Shown: positions 1-12,385, numbered from the stretch's first letter. The stretch: DNA of 32,697 bases from Octopus sinensis (GCF_006345805.1 NW_021832763.1:1-32697), one strand, 5' to 3'. Program-made: numbers and translations. The notes: generated by a model not told the origin, from the letters alone.

Positions 1-37
1 AGCTGCAATTTTTAGCAACTAATTTCCCCTCCCCCCT

Positions 38-38
<1 letters not shown>

Positions 39-92
<54 letters not shown>

Positions 93-99
93 GTATATA

Positions 100-143
<44 letters not shown>

Positions 144-145
144 AT
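39..145. repeat. (TATC)n followed by (TA)n microsatellite
   Basis: Directly visible. Confidence 0.95.
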
Positions 146-1011
146 ATGATTCTATCCAAACTCTCCTTCATTGCATTGTTGTAGTACTCTGTTACTAACT
201 CTAAACAATCTAAAATGGCTCTGCTTAAAATGACATTTCAGTTCGGAGGTTTAGTTTGGAAAACTTTTTTTTTTTCGTGTATATGACACGATATTATATT
301 TTATATTATGTCTGTGTTTGTATGTACGTACATACGCATATATATACATACACACACACAACACACGCGCGCATCGCATACATACATACACACATACATA
401 CTACCACCACACCCACCACCACCACCACCACCACTACTATACTACTACTACTACTACTACTTCAAAACTCCTCCTCAATTTTCATTTTATACGTTGTTGT
501 ATCGTTTGTCATGCATATATATAATATATATATCTTTTATAATATCTATACATATATATATATCTATAATAATGCACGCATATATTGTATATATAATATT
601 AAAAATCTATATGTATATATATATAGATATATATATATATATAATGTATATTATATATATATATATCTATATATATGTACCTATATATACCATATACACA
701 CACATCTATATATATACATATATAATATATATATTAATACATATAAATTATTCCTCTGTTGGCTGTCAGGTGCGTGTTTTGATTATTATTTAGTGAAGTT
801 TCTCTCGGCTGACCTACATTTTAATGGTAAAAAGGTGAGAGGGGGTGGGCAGAAGTGGAGAAGCAAAAGCTAATTTTAAGTCGACAATAACAACAATCAT
901 AATGATTATTCGGCAACAATAACAATAACAACTCTAAACAAATCCACGAAGTAATATTATTTTCATTTATTTTTCCCACTGATCTTCTCTGTCTCTTGTC
1001 AGCTTTTTTTC

Positions 1012-1029
<18 letters not shown>

Positions 1030-1052
<23 letters not shown>

Positions 1053-1335
1053 AAGCGACCTCCGCGCCTTTCTCTCTGTGTCTCTGTATCTTTCACTTTG
1101 TTCTCCTCTGCTGCTACTGTCATTCTTTCTTTCTCTCTCTCTCTCTCTCACTTTCGTTCTTTCTGAATCCATCGTCTCCCACTACCCTCTCACTATATAT
1201 ATATATATATATATATAAAGCGACCTCCGCGCCTTTCTCTGTCTCTCTTTCACTTTGTTTCTCCTCTGCTGCTACTGTCATTCTTTCTTTCTCTCTCTCG
1301 CTTTCGTTCTTTCTGAATCCGTCTCCCACTACCCC
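1030..1335. repeat. Tandem duplication of a ~165-bp unit ((TA)n-AAAGCGACCTCCGCGCC...CCCACTACCC)
   Basis: Two copies start at TATAAAGCGACC (~1049 and ~1214) and differ mainly in CT-run lengths. Confidence 0.9.
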
Positions 1336-1839
1336 TCGCTAGCGCTGTGTCACTGTGTGGTTCACTTCTCTACTATTTAATCTCGGCTATCTTTGAGTAT
1401 AATGTGTACATCTGTGTATAGCACAGGAAAAAATAGACGGAGAAAGAGCCAGAGAGAGAGAGAGAGAGAGAGAGAGAACAAATAGAGTTACAGTAAGAGA
1501 GAGAGAGTAAGACTCACAGAGTGAAAAACATTACAGTGAGAGAGGAGACAGAGAGAGAGAGATATTTAGAGAGACAGAGACACATAGAGAGTAAAGCTTT
1601 GCCTGATGTCTGCTAGCAAGCAAGCTAGCTGTAGCTACCTTCTTCCTTTCTCTCTCTTTCCACATTTCTAAATGCTGAGACTGTTTTCTTTTCTCTTTCT
1701 TTCTTCTCTCTCTCCATTTAGCTTTGTCCTCCCTTTTTCTCTCTTTAGTTTCTATGTCTCACTCTTTCTCTTTCTCTCTCTTTCCCACATTTCTAACTGC
1801 TGAGACTGTTTTCTTTTCTCTCTCTCTCTCTCTCTCACC

Positions 1840-2093
1840 CTAGCTTTTTTTTTCCTCCCTCTTTCTCTCTGTATATCTTTGGTTTCTATCTCTCTCTCTC
1901 TCACTAGCTGTTTTTTCCTCCCTCTTTCTCTCTGTATATCTTTGGTTTCTATGTCTCTCTCTCTCTCTCTCTCTCTCTCCCTAGCTTTTTTTCCTCCCTC
2001 TTTCTCTCTGTATATCTTTGGTTCTATGTCTCTCTCTCTCCTCTCTCTTCCTAGCTTTTTTTTCCCTCCCTCTTTCTCTCTGCATATCTTTGG

Positions 2094-2124
<31 letters not shown>

Positions 2125-2130
2125 GCCTCT
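1840..2130. repeat. Minisatellite, 4 units of 64-77 bp (CTAGC-Tn-CCTCCCTCTTTCTCTCTGTATATCTTTGGTTTCTAT-(CT)n)
   Basis: CTAGCT unit starts at 1840, 1904, 1981 and 2051. Confidence 0.9.
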
Positions 2131-2164
2131 CTTCCTTTATTCTCTACTCCGTTCACAAGCTAGT

Positions 2165-2300
2165 GTATAGCTTGTCTTTCGTCTCCCTTCTCCCTGGCTG
2201 AGTCATCTGAACCGGCCAACTTAGAAGGGCGCACTGGTCGTCTTCACAATTATTAACTTCCTGCTTAGTCACGGGAGACAACTACGTGCGGCCTAGCTAA
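2165..2300. promoter_or_regulatory. Putative enhancer/promoter element
   Basis: CpG-retaining unique island with AP-1 TGAGTCA (2199-2205) and ETS-like ACTTCCTG (2256-2263); motif presence only. Confidence 0.3.
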
Positions 2301-2796
2301 AAAAAACTTTTTCCTTTCTTCGTCTTTAACATTCTCCTTCTTTCACCGTTTCTAATCATTCTCCCTATCTCTCTCTCTATCTCTCTCTCTCTCCCTCTCT
2401 TTGTAAATTTCACCTTCTATCTGTCCTCATTATTTCTCTCTCTCTATCTTTGTTATATAAATATTGTATTGCGCTCTCTATCTCTTTGTTTCTCTTTTCC
2501 TAGTGTTCTGCCACTCCCATGCCGTTATTCTCTTCTACTCTCTCAATACTGAATATACATACATACATACATACATACACATATATATATATACATATAC
2601 ATCCTCACCCTCCCCTCTTTCTATTTTACTGCACATAAGGCTTTCAGTTCTCTTACTTCTCCCCCCCCCACTTTCCCCTTCATTGTTTTATCCTCCTCCT
2701 CTCTCTACCTCTCTTATAATTAATAAACCTTTCCTTTCTTTTCATACACAGAAATTACACACACACACACACACAACACACACATACATACAATAC

Positions 2797-2828
<32 letters not shown>

Positions 2829-3068
2829 TTATATATATATATATAGAGCCGTCTCTTTCCTTTATGTCAAAGCCTGTCTCTTATTACTGAGTGTGATCAG
2901 CAGAGCTTCAATTTTTTTTTGTTATCAACTTGCACTATATATACTGTCTCTCTTAATCCAACACAGGCTCTTCTTGCATTTTCACTGTCAACGAATATCT
3001 ATCTATGCAAGACTTCAAGATACACGTATAAATAAACATATATATATATATATAAAGTCTACATATAC

Positions 3069-3101
<33 letters not shown>

Positions 3102-3331
3102 TATTTGTTTTCTTTTTTTTTTGTTCGTTCATTCACCAAGATAATAATATAGACTACTTAATTGTTTCTATATTTATTTATTATTAATCTAATTTCTGAT
3201 AATGTATTTATCAAACATATAAACATATATGTATGCAGGTGATAAAACACACACACACACACACACACAAATCTATGTAATATGTGTGTGTGTATAATAT
3301 ATAATATATATATATATATATTATATATATA

Positions 3332-3381
<50 letters not shown>

Positions 3382-3898
3382 GCGAACGAAAGAAGCTTTT
3401 TTCGTTTGTCTTTCGCTGCTTTCTCTAATGCTGATCGCACACGAAATGTTATTTCTATCTTTAAACACTATACTTGACTCTGGATGTGCTGTAACATCGT
3501 GAATATTTCAGCTCCCTTTCAAAAGAAAAATATTCACGGAAAAATATCTGGCACATCAACGAACGTACACCACACACACACACACACACACACACAATTA
3601 CATACATACATACATATTTATGTGTGTGTGTGTGTGTGTCTGTATTACATACATCATTATTTATTAGAAGGCAATCTAATCTATTTCTAGTTTGTTTTGT
3701 TTTTAACTTTAAACTATTGATTTCATGTTTCGTTGCTATTGCTGAAACTAAAAAATATATTGGTTACGCGCAACAGAGGCGTGGAGGCTATAGCGAAATA
3801 GTGCGCGCGTGTGTGTGTGGGTTGCGTTTATAAGCAAGTGCTTGATTGTGTGTGATAGATAGGGTGAAAAGAGTTTTGAGTGCGATACATATACATAC

Positions 3899-3963
<65 letters not shown>

Positions 3964-4031
3964 TATATATATATGTATATATATATATACACACACATAT
4001 ATATACATATACATATATATATATATATATT

Positions 4032-4111
<80 letters not shown>

Positions 4112-5610
4112 ATATGCTTCAGTGTTCGTGTGAAAGAGTTAGAGCTTGCTTGAGAGAAATAGATAAGGGATGTGTGTGTATTTGTATATATATATGTGTG
4201 TGTTGGAATTAGTGCTTGTTTGAGCGAGATAGGGACAGTATGTTCATGTAAAAGATTCATTATTTGTTTAAGATACTTTGAATGGGTTATGTATATATAT
4301 GTTAGAGATAGAGCTTGTTTCTATGCTATAGACAAGGATTGAAAGTGAGTGTATATATACATATATATATATATTTGGGTGTGTATATGATTAAGTGTGC
4401 GCGCGTGTATATATGTTATGTTTCACAATTAGTGCTTGCCTGAGTAATAAATATAGATTGGGTGAGAGAGAACGAAAGAGTATGGAGTGGCATATGTTAA
4501 GGGTGTGAGTCTATCTCTGTCTCTTTCTTGATAGATAGAAAGAAAGAAAGAAAGAAAGAAAGAGAGTGGCCTGTGATGAGTGTGTTTCTAGGAACAGAAA
4601 GTGCCTAAAAGGATTGCGTGTTTCTCTCTATGTGTGAGTACGGAAGAGAAAGGCAAGAGATAGTGAATAAGAGGGCGATTAAATGCGTGTGTGCTCACGA
4701 CGGTGCTGATTTGAGCCGAGCGCCACGTACCTAGGTCAGTTAAATCAGACAATAACACATACATACACACTCACACTGACACACACACACACACACACAC
4801 ACACACGTACACACAGATAGACAGACACACACCGAGTTCAGTGTTTTCTAGCAACTGACGAGTTGCGTATCAAAACTGTTCAACTATGTAAGGTAGTCAG
4901 TCTTCTCTCTCTACTACCACGACTGCTATCTCCCAATTAGATCTGCTATCTTTAACATCCAAAAACTGTACAGAAACGAGTGCCAACCTCTATTCACTCG
5001 TTCCTAGACTTTTTTTTTCTCCCCCCTCCCCCACTGTCTTATTAATATTTATTTAATCATTCATTTATTTCATATTCACTATTAACCCCCACACAAACAC
5101 ACACACCTACACCTCTTACTACCATCACTACTACGACCATAATAAATAAATATATATATATAAATAATCAAAAGCAGAAGTAACTAAACCAGCCCTTCAC
5201 AATCTTTCTTCGTTTCCGTTGCTCTGTTGTGTTTTAAAAGAAAGGTGACTCTCTGCCTCTCTGAACAAACTAGTAGTATTTCAATGAATATCCATCCTAG
5301 TTTTTATTTCGCAGGCACACGGCTACCATTACTCAGTCTAGTACTGTTGTTCCATATAATCTCCAACGCACAACAGCTCTTAACACACACACACATACTG
5401 CAGACACAGAGAGCTCAGCCCGTCCTGTGCTCCTGTTGTTCCAACTTTCAAATAGATATTAATATAGCTTTTTCTCTGTTTCAATCTCAAACCAAGACTT
5501 GCTTTATCTAATCTAAACACTTCGCTGCTGCTGCTGATGTTGCTGCCGCTGTTCAATGAAAACATTTCATAGAAATAACACGCATACACACGTGTGTATG
5601 CATGCGAACG

Positions 5611-5645
<35 letters not shown>

Positions 5646-5680
5646 CGTATGTGTGTGTGTGTGTACACCCACACATTGAC

Positions 5681-5845
<165 letters not shown>

Positions 5846-6439
5846 GCAGATGTGTACTCACACGTATATATGTAAAGTGATGTAATGTGTGTGTTTGAGT
5901 GGAACAACAAACCACAGTATGTATGTATGGATGTATGCATGTATGTCATTATTCAGTTTTATTTCAAGATTTCTTGCCAATAGCGAAAGAGCCGGTTTCT
6001 AATCTAGATCCAAGGCTCCTTCATTGGAATTTTACTATCAGCATGGTATGTTTGTATATGCAGATTTGTATGTCTTGTTTTATGTATGTATGTATGTATC
6101 TAGTGCTAGACTTTACATAATAATTATCAATATACATTAAATATACAAACTACTAACTTGAATTATTCACAAGATACCTTTGGCTTTCAGCCCAGCCCAT
6201 TGGGTTCAATGTTATAAGTATCAGTCATGTCTGAAATCAACATGATCCTCTGTTTGTCATTGGGGAAGGAGAGCCTAGAGAATTGAACAAGGCATCTGAA
6301 TCACTATGTTTAATGATAGCTTTGAACTTGTTAAGCTTGCCCTACACCAAGGTGAAGAAAGAATATGGAAGGCAATTCTGTTTTGCTTTCTCATTGATGA
6401 AATGGAAGGGGGCAAAAAATTTCTCTATTAGTATTTAGT

Positions 6440-6996
6440 GTGAGTCAGGGCTTGGTATATGTCAGTCTGAGAACTTACTAGCACTCTCTTGGTTACTACA
6501 ATGAGGGCTCCAGTTGATCCAGTCAACAGAACAACCAGTTCATGAAATTAATGTGCAACTGGCTGAGCACTCCCACAGAGTGTGACAAAGCTGGCCCTTT
6601 GAAATACATGTGTTACTCATTTTTGCTAGCTGAGTTGACTGGAGTAATAAGAAATAAAATGTCTTTCACTTTAAGGCAGCGAGCTGGCAGAAACGTTAGC
6701 ACGCCAGGCAAAATGCTTAGCAGTATTTCATCTGCCGCTACGTTCTGAGTTCAAATTCCGCCGAGGTTGACTGCCTTTCATCCTTTTAGGGTCGATTAAA
6801 TAAGAACCAGTTATGCACTGGGGTCGAGATACTCGACTTAATCCGTTTGTCTGTTCTTGTTTGTCCCCTCTGCGTGTAGCTCCTTGTGGGCAGTAAAGAA
6901 ATAAGAAATAAAATGTCTCACTTGAAGATACAATGCATCACCAGGAATCGAACCACAACCTAACAATTGTGAACCAAATACCCGAACTACTAAGCA
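6440..6996 (-). mobile_element. Old tRNA-derived SINE (family D), interrupted by a family C SINE
   Basis: Shares GCTGAGT(T/G)GACTGGAG..AATAAA..TGTCT and a reverse B-box (GGAATCGAAC) with 20681-21004. Confidence 0.6.
6674..6905 (+). mobile_element. Full-length tRNA-derived SINE (family C) with long target-site duplication
   Basis: B-box-like GAGTTCAAATTCC and body GTTGACTGCCTTTCATCCTTT..GGGGTCGAT. AATAAGAAATAAAATGTCT(TT)CACTT is duplicated at ~6646-6671 and ~6899-6923. Confidence 0.85.
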
Positions 6997-7120
6997 ATTA
7001 GTGACATAATTGACTGTACCCTCTCCCCAACAAAAACTATATGGGCCCTTGAGCTTATACTGGAATTTTTTTTATTATCAGCCCATTTATGAATACCCCT
7101 CAATTCATTGGACAATAAAC

Positions 7121-7825
7121 CTTGCTTGTGAAGACCTATTGAGGCAAGTGAGATCAAAATAAAAATTGCTGACGTGGCCGATGACAGTACTGCTTGATTG
7201 GCACTCGTGCCAGTGGAATGTTAAAAGCACATCCAAGCGTGATCATTGCCAGCGTCGCCTTACCAGCACATGTGCTGGTGGCATGTGAAAAACAACATTT
7301 GAGCGTGGTCATTGCCAGTACCGTCAGACTGGCTCCCGTGCAGGTAGCACGTAAAAACACCTTTTGAGTGTGGTCATTGCCAGAACTGCCTGACTGGCCT
7401 TCATGCCAGTGGCATGTAAAAGTGCCTACTACAATCTTGGAGTGGTTGGCATTAGGAAGGGCATCCAGCTGTAGAAACTTTGCCAGGTCAGACTGAGCCT
7501 GATGCAGCCTCTGGCTCACCAGTCCTCAGCCAAACCGTCCAACCCATGCCAGCATGGAAAGCGGACATTAACCCTTTAGTGTTTAAACCGGCCATATCTG
7601 GCCAAAATATTCTACCTGTTTTATGTTCAAACTAGTCAGATATGGTCATTCATAGCTACCTTATTGTGTCATTTTAAAAATAAGCAATCACATCAATGAA
7701 ATCTCAAAGCCATGAAATGATGCAAGATTAATTTTACATGGTGTGAATACATAAGCTTTACATTTTACAGAATAATCTGAATGCTAAAGGGTTAAACGAT
7801 AATGAGGATGATGATGATGATGATT
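7121..7825 (+). mobile_element. RTE-clade LINE 3' end (family B) with ~60-bp internal tandem repeats and (GAT)n tail, interrupted by a MITE
   Basis: Same sequence family as 29282-29694, which keeps the RTE ORF end; ..GCGGACATTAA[MITE]ACGATAATGAGGATGATG. Confidence 0.75.
7572..7791. mobile_element. piggyBac-type MITE
   Basis: TTAA TSD at 7568-7571 and 7792-7795; termini CCCTTTAG...CTAAAGGG; second copy at 20399-20619. Confidence 0.85.
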
Positions 7826-8138
7826 ATCTATATTATTCCTGATTTTAAAAATACATCAGGAGAATGTCCTTTCTTAAAGTAACAACCAGGTACATGTTAG
7901 TGACCATGCAGAGAATTGTTTAAGGCAGCAAGCTGACAGACTCATTAGTGTGCAAGACAAAATGCTTTTAGTGGCGTTTCTTCTGATTCTTTCATTCTAA
8001 GTTCAAATTCTGCTGAGGTTGACTTTGTCTTTTATCCTTTCAGAATCAATAGAAGCACTGGGGTTGATGGAATCAACTGGAACCTTCCCATTAAGACTGC
8101 CAGCTTTGTGCCAAAATTTGAAACCATTGTTGTTGTTG

Positions 8139-8205
<67 letters not shown>

Positions 8206-8207
8206 CA

Positions 8208-8253
<46 letters not shown>

Positions 8254-8702
8254 GAGTGAGCGAGCAGAGCATGCCATCAAAGTGACACTGGGTAAAAATA
8301 TACGAAGCCCAGTTTACCCATCATGACTAACCCGTCTGATAAGGGTACACCAGGCACATGCATCACAACCATATGTGCGCGACATGGTGATCTCATATCA
8401 AGATAAACAGCACATGACCTTGCAGGTGGAGCCCAGTTAGAATTTTCTTCAGATCGAGTAACCCATCCTGCTCAAAAGGTCCCTGAATAAGGTTTGTTTA
8501 AGGACGTTGAACGAAACACCCATGTTTCCAGAGGTGAATATTCAAACCCAAAGAATCCTTCTCAACACATGGCTATGATGTTCCTCCACTACTTCTGCTC
8601 ATGATCAGAGATGCACATATCGTCAGCTATTAAGGGACTGCTCAACTGGTTAAGGTCAAACAACTGACAAGCAAGTCTGTGGTATTGAGCAGAATATTTG
8701 CT
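8254..8702 (-). mobile_element. Unclassified interspersed repeat (family E) bounded by (ATT)n on both sides
   Basis: Partial second copy in the opposite orientation at ~28352-28500 (AGCAAATATTCTGCTCAATACCACAGA..); strand inferred from a putative (AAT)n tail. Confidence 0.6.
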
Positions 8703-8705
8703 TTA

Positions 8706-8750
<45 letters not shown>

Positions 8751-8752
8751 CA

Positions 8753-8786
<34 letters not shown>

Positions 8787-9405
8787 TTAAGGTACTGAGC
8801 TGAAAGATTTGTTAACACACCAGATAAAATGCTTGGCAGCTTTTCATCCATCTTTATGTTCTGAGTTCAAATTCTGCCATGGTTGACTTTGCCTTTCATC
8901 CTTTTGAAGTCGAGTTGGTTCAAATTCCACTGAGATTGACTTTGCCTATCATCCTTTCGGGGTCGATAAAGTAAATACTGGAGTTGATATATCAAGAAGC
9001 CTCCTCCCCTCAAAATATCAGGCCTTGTATCTAGAGTACAAAGAATTATTATTTCTATTAAAGCAGTTGACAGGGTGGCAAACTGGCAGAATCATTAGCA
9101 TGCCAGGCAATATACTTAGTGGTATTTTGTCCATCTTAACATTCTAAGGTCAAATTCCTCTGAGGTCAACTTTGCCTTTCATCCTTTCAGGGTTGATAAA
9201 ATAGGTACCAGTTGAACACTGGGGTCGATGTAATTGATTTATCCTCTCTCCCGAAGTTGCAGGCCTTGTACCAAAATTTGAAATCATTATTAAGCAGTTG
9301 ATAAGTTCAGTCATTAAAATGTGGCATTTATTCCAGTTTTCTGTGCTTTGAGTTCAAATTCTGCCAAGGTCAACTTGAGGTGGCCAGATGGTAGAATTGT
9401 TAGAG

Positions 9406-9792
9406 CAGCGTTTTTCAACCAGGGTTCCCCAGAACCCTAGGGTTCCACAAAAGGTTCCTAGGGGTTCCGCGAGAAAAAGTGAGATAAGCTAATGCTAATT
9501 TCCTGATTGTAATATTACTACGTGCATAACATATTTTGGTTATTGTAATATTGTAATATAGACACCATCCTATATAACCTATTATGTTATCAAAACAATA
9601 TAACAACCATTGGGAATATATTTAGTGATATCTGTAATTTACGGACACCCTATTTATATATATATATATGATATTTACATGTGAACTACAATAAAATAAT
9701 ATGAGAAATATATGGTGTATAATGTTTTTGTGCAGGGGTTCCTTGAGACATGTAATTTATTTTAAGGGTTACACAAGGGTTGAGAAGCACTG
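9406..9792. mobile_element. hAT (Charlie-like) MITE inserted into a SINE head
   Basis: 8-bp TSD TGTTAGAG at 9398-9405 and 9793-9800; TIRs CAGCGTTTTTCAACC / GGTTGAGAAGCACTG (12/15 match). Confidence 0.9.
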
Positions 9793-10472
9793 TGTTAGAG
9801 CATCAGAAAAAATGTTTCCTAATATTAGTTCTAGCTCTCTTAACTTCTGGGCTCAAATCCTGATGAAGTCAACTTTCTCCTTCATTCTTTTAGAGTTGGT
9901 AAAAATAAATCACCAATCAAGTGCTAGCTTGATGGCATCAATTAAACTCCTTCTAGAAAACAAAATTGTTAGCCTTGTGCCAAAATTTGAAGCCATTTTT
10001 ATTGTCTTATGGTATATATTTTGGTTCTTCTCTTTCTGAGTTCAAATCTGTTATGGTCCACTTTACTTTCATTTTTTGAAGTTAATTGAGAAAATAAAGT
10101 ACCACTCAAATACTGGAGTTGATTTAATCCTTTAGCATTTAAGCAGCCCATATCTGTCTTCAAGTTTGGGGTTCAAATTCCAAAAGGTCGATTTTGCCTT
10201 TCATCCTTTTCGGGGTCAATAAAATAAAACCAGTTGAGTACTTGGGTCAGTCTAATTGATTTACCAATTTTCCCAAAATTGCTGGCCTTGTGCCAAAAGT
10301 TGAAATCAATATGCAGGAAAAGACAGCAAGCTGGGAGAACCATTAGTACACCAGGTAAACTGCTTAGAGGCATTTCATTTGTCTTTACATTCTGGGTTCA
10401 AATACCACCGAGGTCGACTTTGCCTTTCATCATTTCAGGGTAGATAAAATAAGTACCATTTGAGCTCCGAGG

Positions 10473-10629
10473 TTGAATTAAAATCTTCCACCAAATCTTA
10501 GTCACAATTTATGTTCCTATCACTAGCAGAATGAGAGATAAATTTAATTTACTAAATTCTTTGTTATATCTAAAGTAATTGAAAGAAACACAGAGCATCT
10601 CAAAATAAATGCAGTAACGAAAGAGTTAA
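10473..10629. mobile_element. Truncated piggyBac-like MITE end
   Basis: Ends GTAACGAAAGAG-TTAA, resembling the CCCTTT/AAAGGG-TTAA termini; left end missing. Confidence 0.45.
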
Positions 10630-11796
10630 TGTATAAGAAACTATTATTATTGTTGTTAAAGCAGTGAGCTGGCAGATTTGGTAGCATGCCAAGCAAAATA
10701 CTCAGCAGTATTTCATCCCATCTTAACATTCAGAGTTCAAATACTGCCGAGGTTGACTTTGCCTTTCATCCTTTCAGGTCGATAAATTAGGTACCAGTTA
10801 CGCACTGGGGTTGATATAATTGACTTAATTCATTTGTCTGTCCTTGTTTGTCCTCTCTGTGTTTAGCCCATTGTGGGTAGTAAAAAAAATAGGTATGCTA
10901 TTAGAAGGTGGTTAGCTGGCAGAAATGTTAGCATACTGGGCGAAATACTTAGCGGTATTTCATCTGCCGCTACGTTCTGAGTTCAAATTCCGCCGAGGTC
11001 GACTTTGCCTTTCATCCTTTCGGGGTTGATTAGATAAGTACCAGTTACACACTGGGGTCGATGTAATCGACTTAATCCGTTCGTCTCTCCTTGTTTTTCT
11101 CCTCTGTATTAAGCCCCTTGTGGGTAGTAAAGAAATAGGTATTTCATCCCATCTTAACATTCAGAGTTCAAATACCGCCGAGGTCGACTTCGCATTTCAT
11201 TCTTTCTGGATTAATGAAATAAGTACCAGTAAAACACTGGAGTTGATGTAATCGATTAGTCCCTTCCCCCACAAATTTCAAGCCTTGTACCCTTAATAGA
11301 AAGGATTATTATTGCTGTTGTTGTCATTCTTATTGTTGTTTTACGCTCCTAATCCAATCCCCAGAGCAACTCTTTTTCCGATTCTTTCTCCAATATTTAC
11401 CAACATTCTAATATGTCTTCTCCTTCTCCAAACATTTTTTCCCAACAACAAGGTATTGATTCCATTATTTCCTCCCCCCCCCTCCACCTCCACCTCCATC
11501 TCCATTCCTTAACACATTCTGTGGTTTAAGATTTTGATATGTGCAACCCTTGAATTTTCAGATTATCTTAACTCATTCATTGATATTATATTATTGGAGA
11601 TAATTAATGCAAAGTGCTCCCTCAATAATTTAATAAATTCAATCTTATTGACTTATTACTATTGCCATTGTTATTGTTATTGTTATTGCTGTTGTTGTTG
11701 TTGTTGTTGTTATTGTTGTTGTTGCTGATGTTATTGTTTCAATTTGCAGCCATTTAAAGAAAGAAAGAGAAAAATTTTCTCATTCTCATTTTGCAA

Positions 11797-12030
11797 ACAC
11801 ACACGTACACACACACACACACACGTACACACACACACACACACTCATACACACACACGCGCACACACACACAAACACACACAAACACGCATACACACAC
11901 ACACAAACACGCATACACACACACACACACAAACACACATACACACACACAAACACACATACACACACACACACACAAACACACATACACACACACACAC
12001 ACAAACACCCATACACACACAAACACACAT
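11797..12030. repeat. Compound (CA)n microsatellite
   Basis: Directly visible. Confidence 0.95.
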
Positions 12031-12111
12031 TTTTCTTAATTTACTCATTTTGCCTCTGTCTCTCATATATTTCCCTCTCTCTTTCCTTCTCTCTCTCTCT
12101 CTCTCTTTCCT

Positions 12112-12142
<31 letters not shown>

Positions 12143-12309
12143 TGTTTTCCATGTCTTTACACCTGTCTCCCTACCTCCCAATCTATTGTATTACCTTCAG
12201 TATTTCTTTAAATTCATTTACTCTCTTTTCTGTCTCTCTTCTTTACTCCCTCTCATCACCACACTTCTCTGCCCCTCCCTTGATATATATATATATATAT
12301 GGTTATATA

Positions 12310-12346
<37 letters not shown>

Positions 12347-12347
12347 T

Positions 12348-12385
<38 letters not shown>

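Larger units (their letters stand above)
7921..11310 (+). mobile_element. Cluster of about 12 full or partial family C SINE copies, all plus strand
   Basis: Recurrent GAGTTCAAATT..GAGGTCGACTTTGCCTTTCATCCTTT..GGGGTCGAT at ~8020, 8860, 8920, 9150, 9350, 9850, 10040, 10175, 10395, 10735, 10980, 11165. Confidence 0.85.

Noticed and set aside
256-873. 205-aa ORF and the many other YI/HT/CV/YLSI-rich ORFs
   Set aside because: They are translations of (TA)n, (CA)n and (TATC)n microsatellites
1047-1100. TATAAAG as a TATA box with a TCACTT initiator
   Set aside because: It arises at the end of a (TA)n run, and the spacing (38-46 nt) is non-canonical
1752-2156. Minus ORF with KIYREKEGGKK repeats
   Set aside because: Translation of the CT-rich minisatellite
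3115-3135. TTTGTTCGTTC resemblance to miR-375
   Set aside because: Only 11 nt match and there is no hairpin
4975-5002. 8-bp hairpin AACGAGTG/CACTCGTT
   Set aside because: Too short to be above chance expectation
5582-5601. Perfect 20-bp palindrome centred on CACGTG
   Set aside because: Explained by abutting (CA)n and (TG)n low-complexity sequence
6674-6760. tRNA genes suggested by A/B boxes
   Set aside because: These are SINE heads without a full cloverleaf
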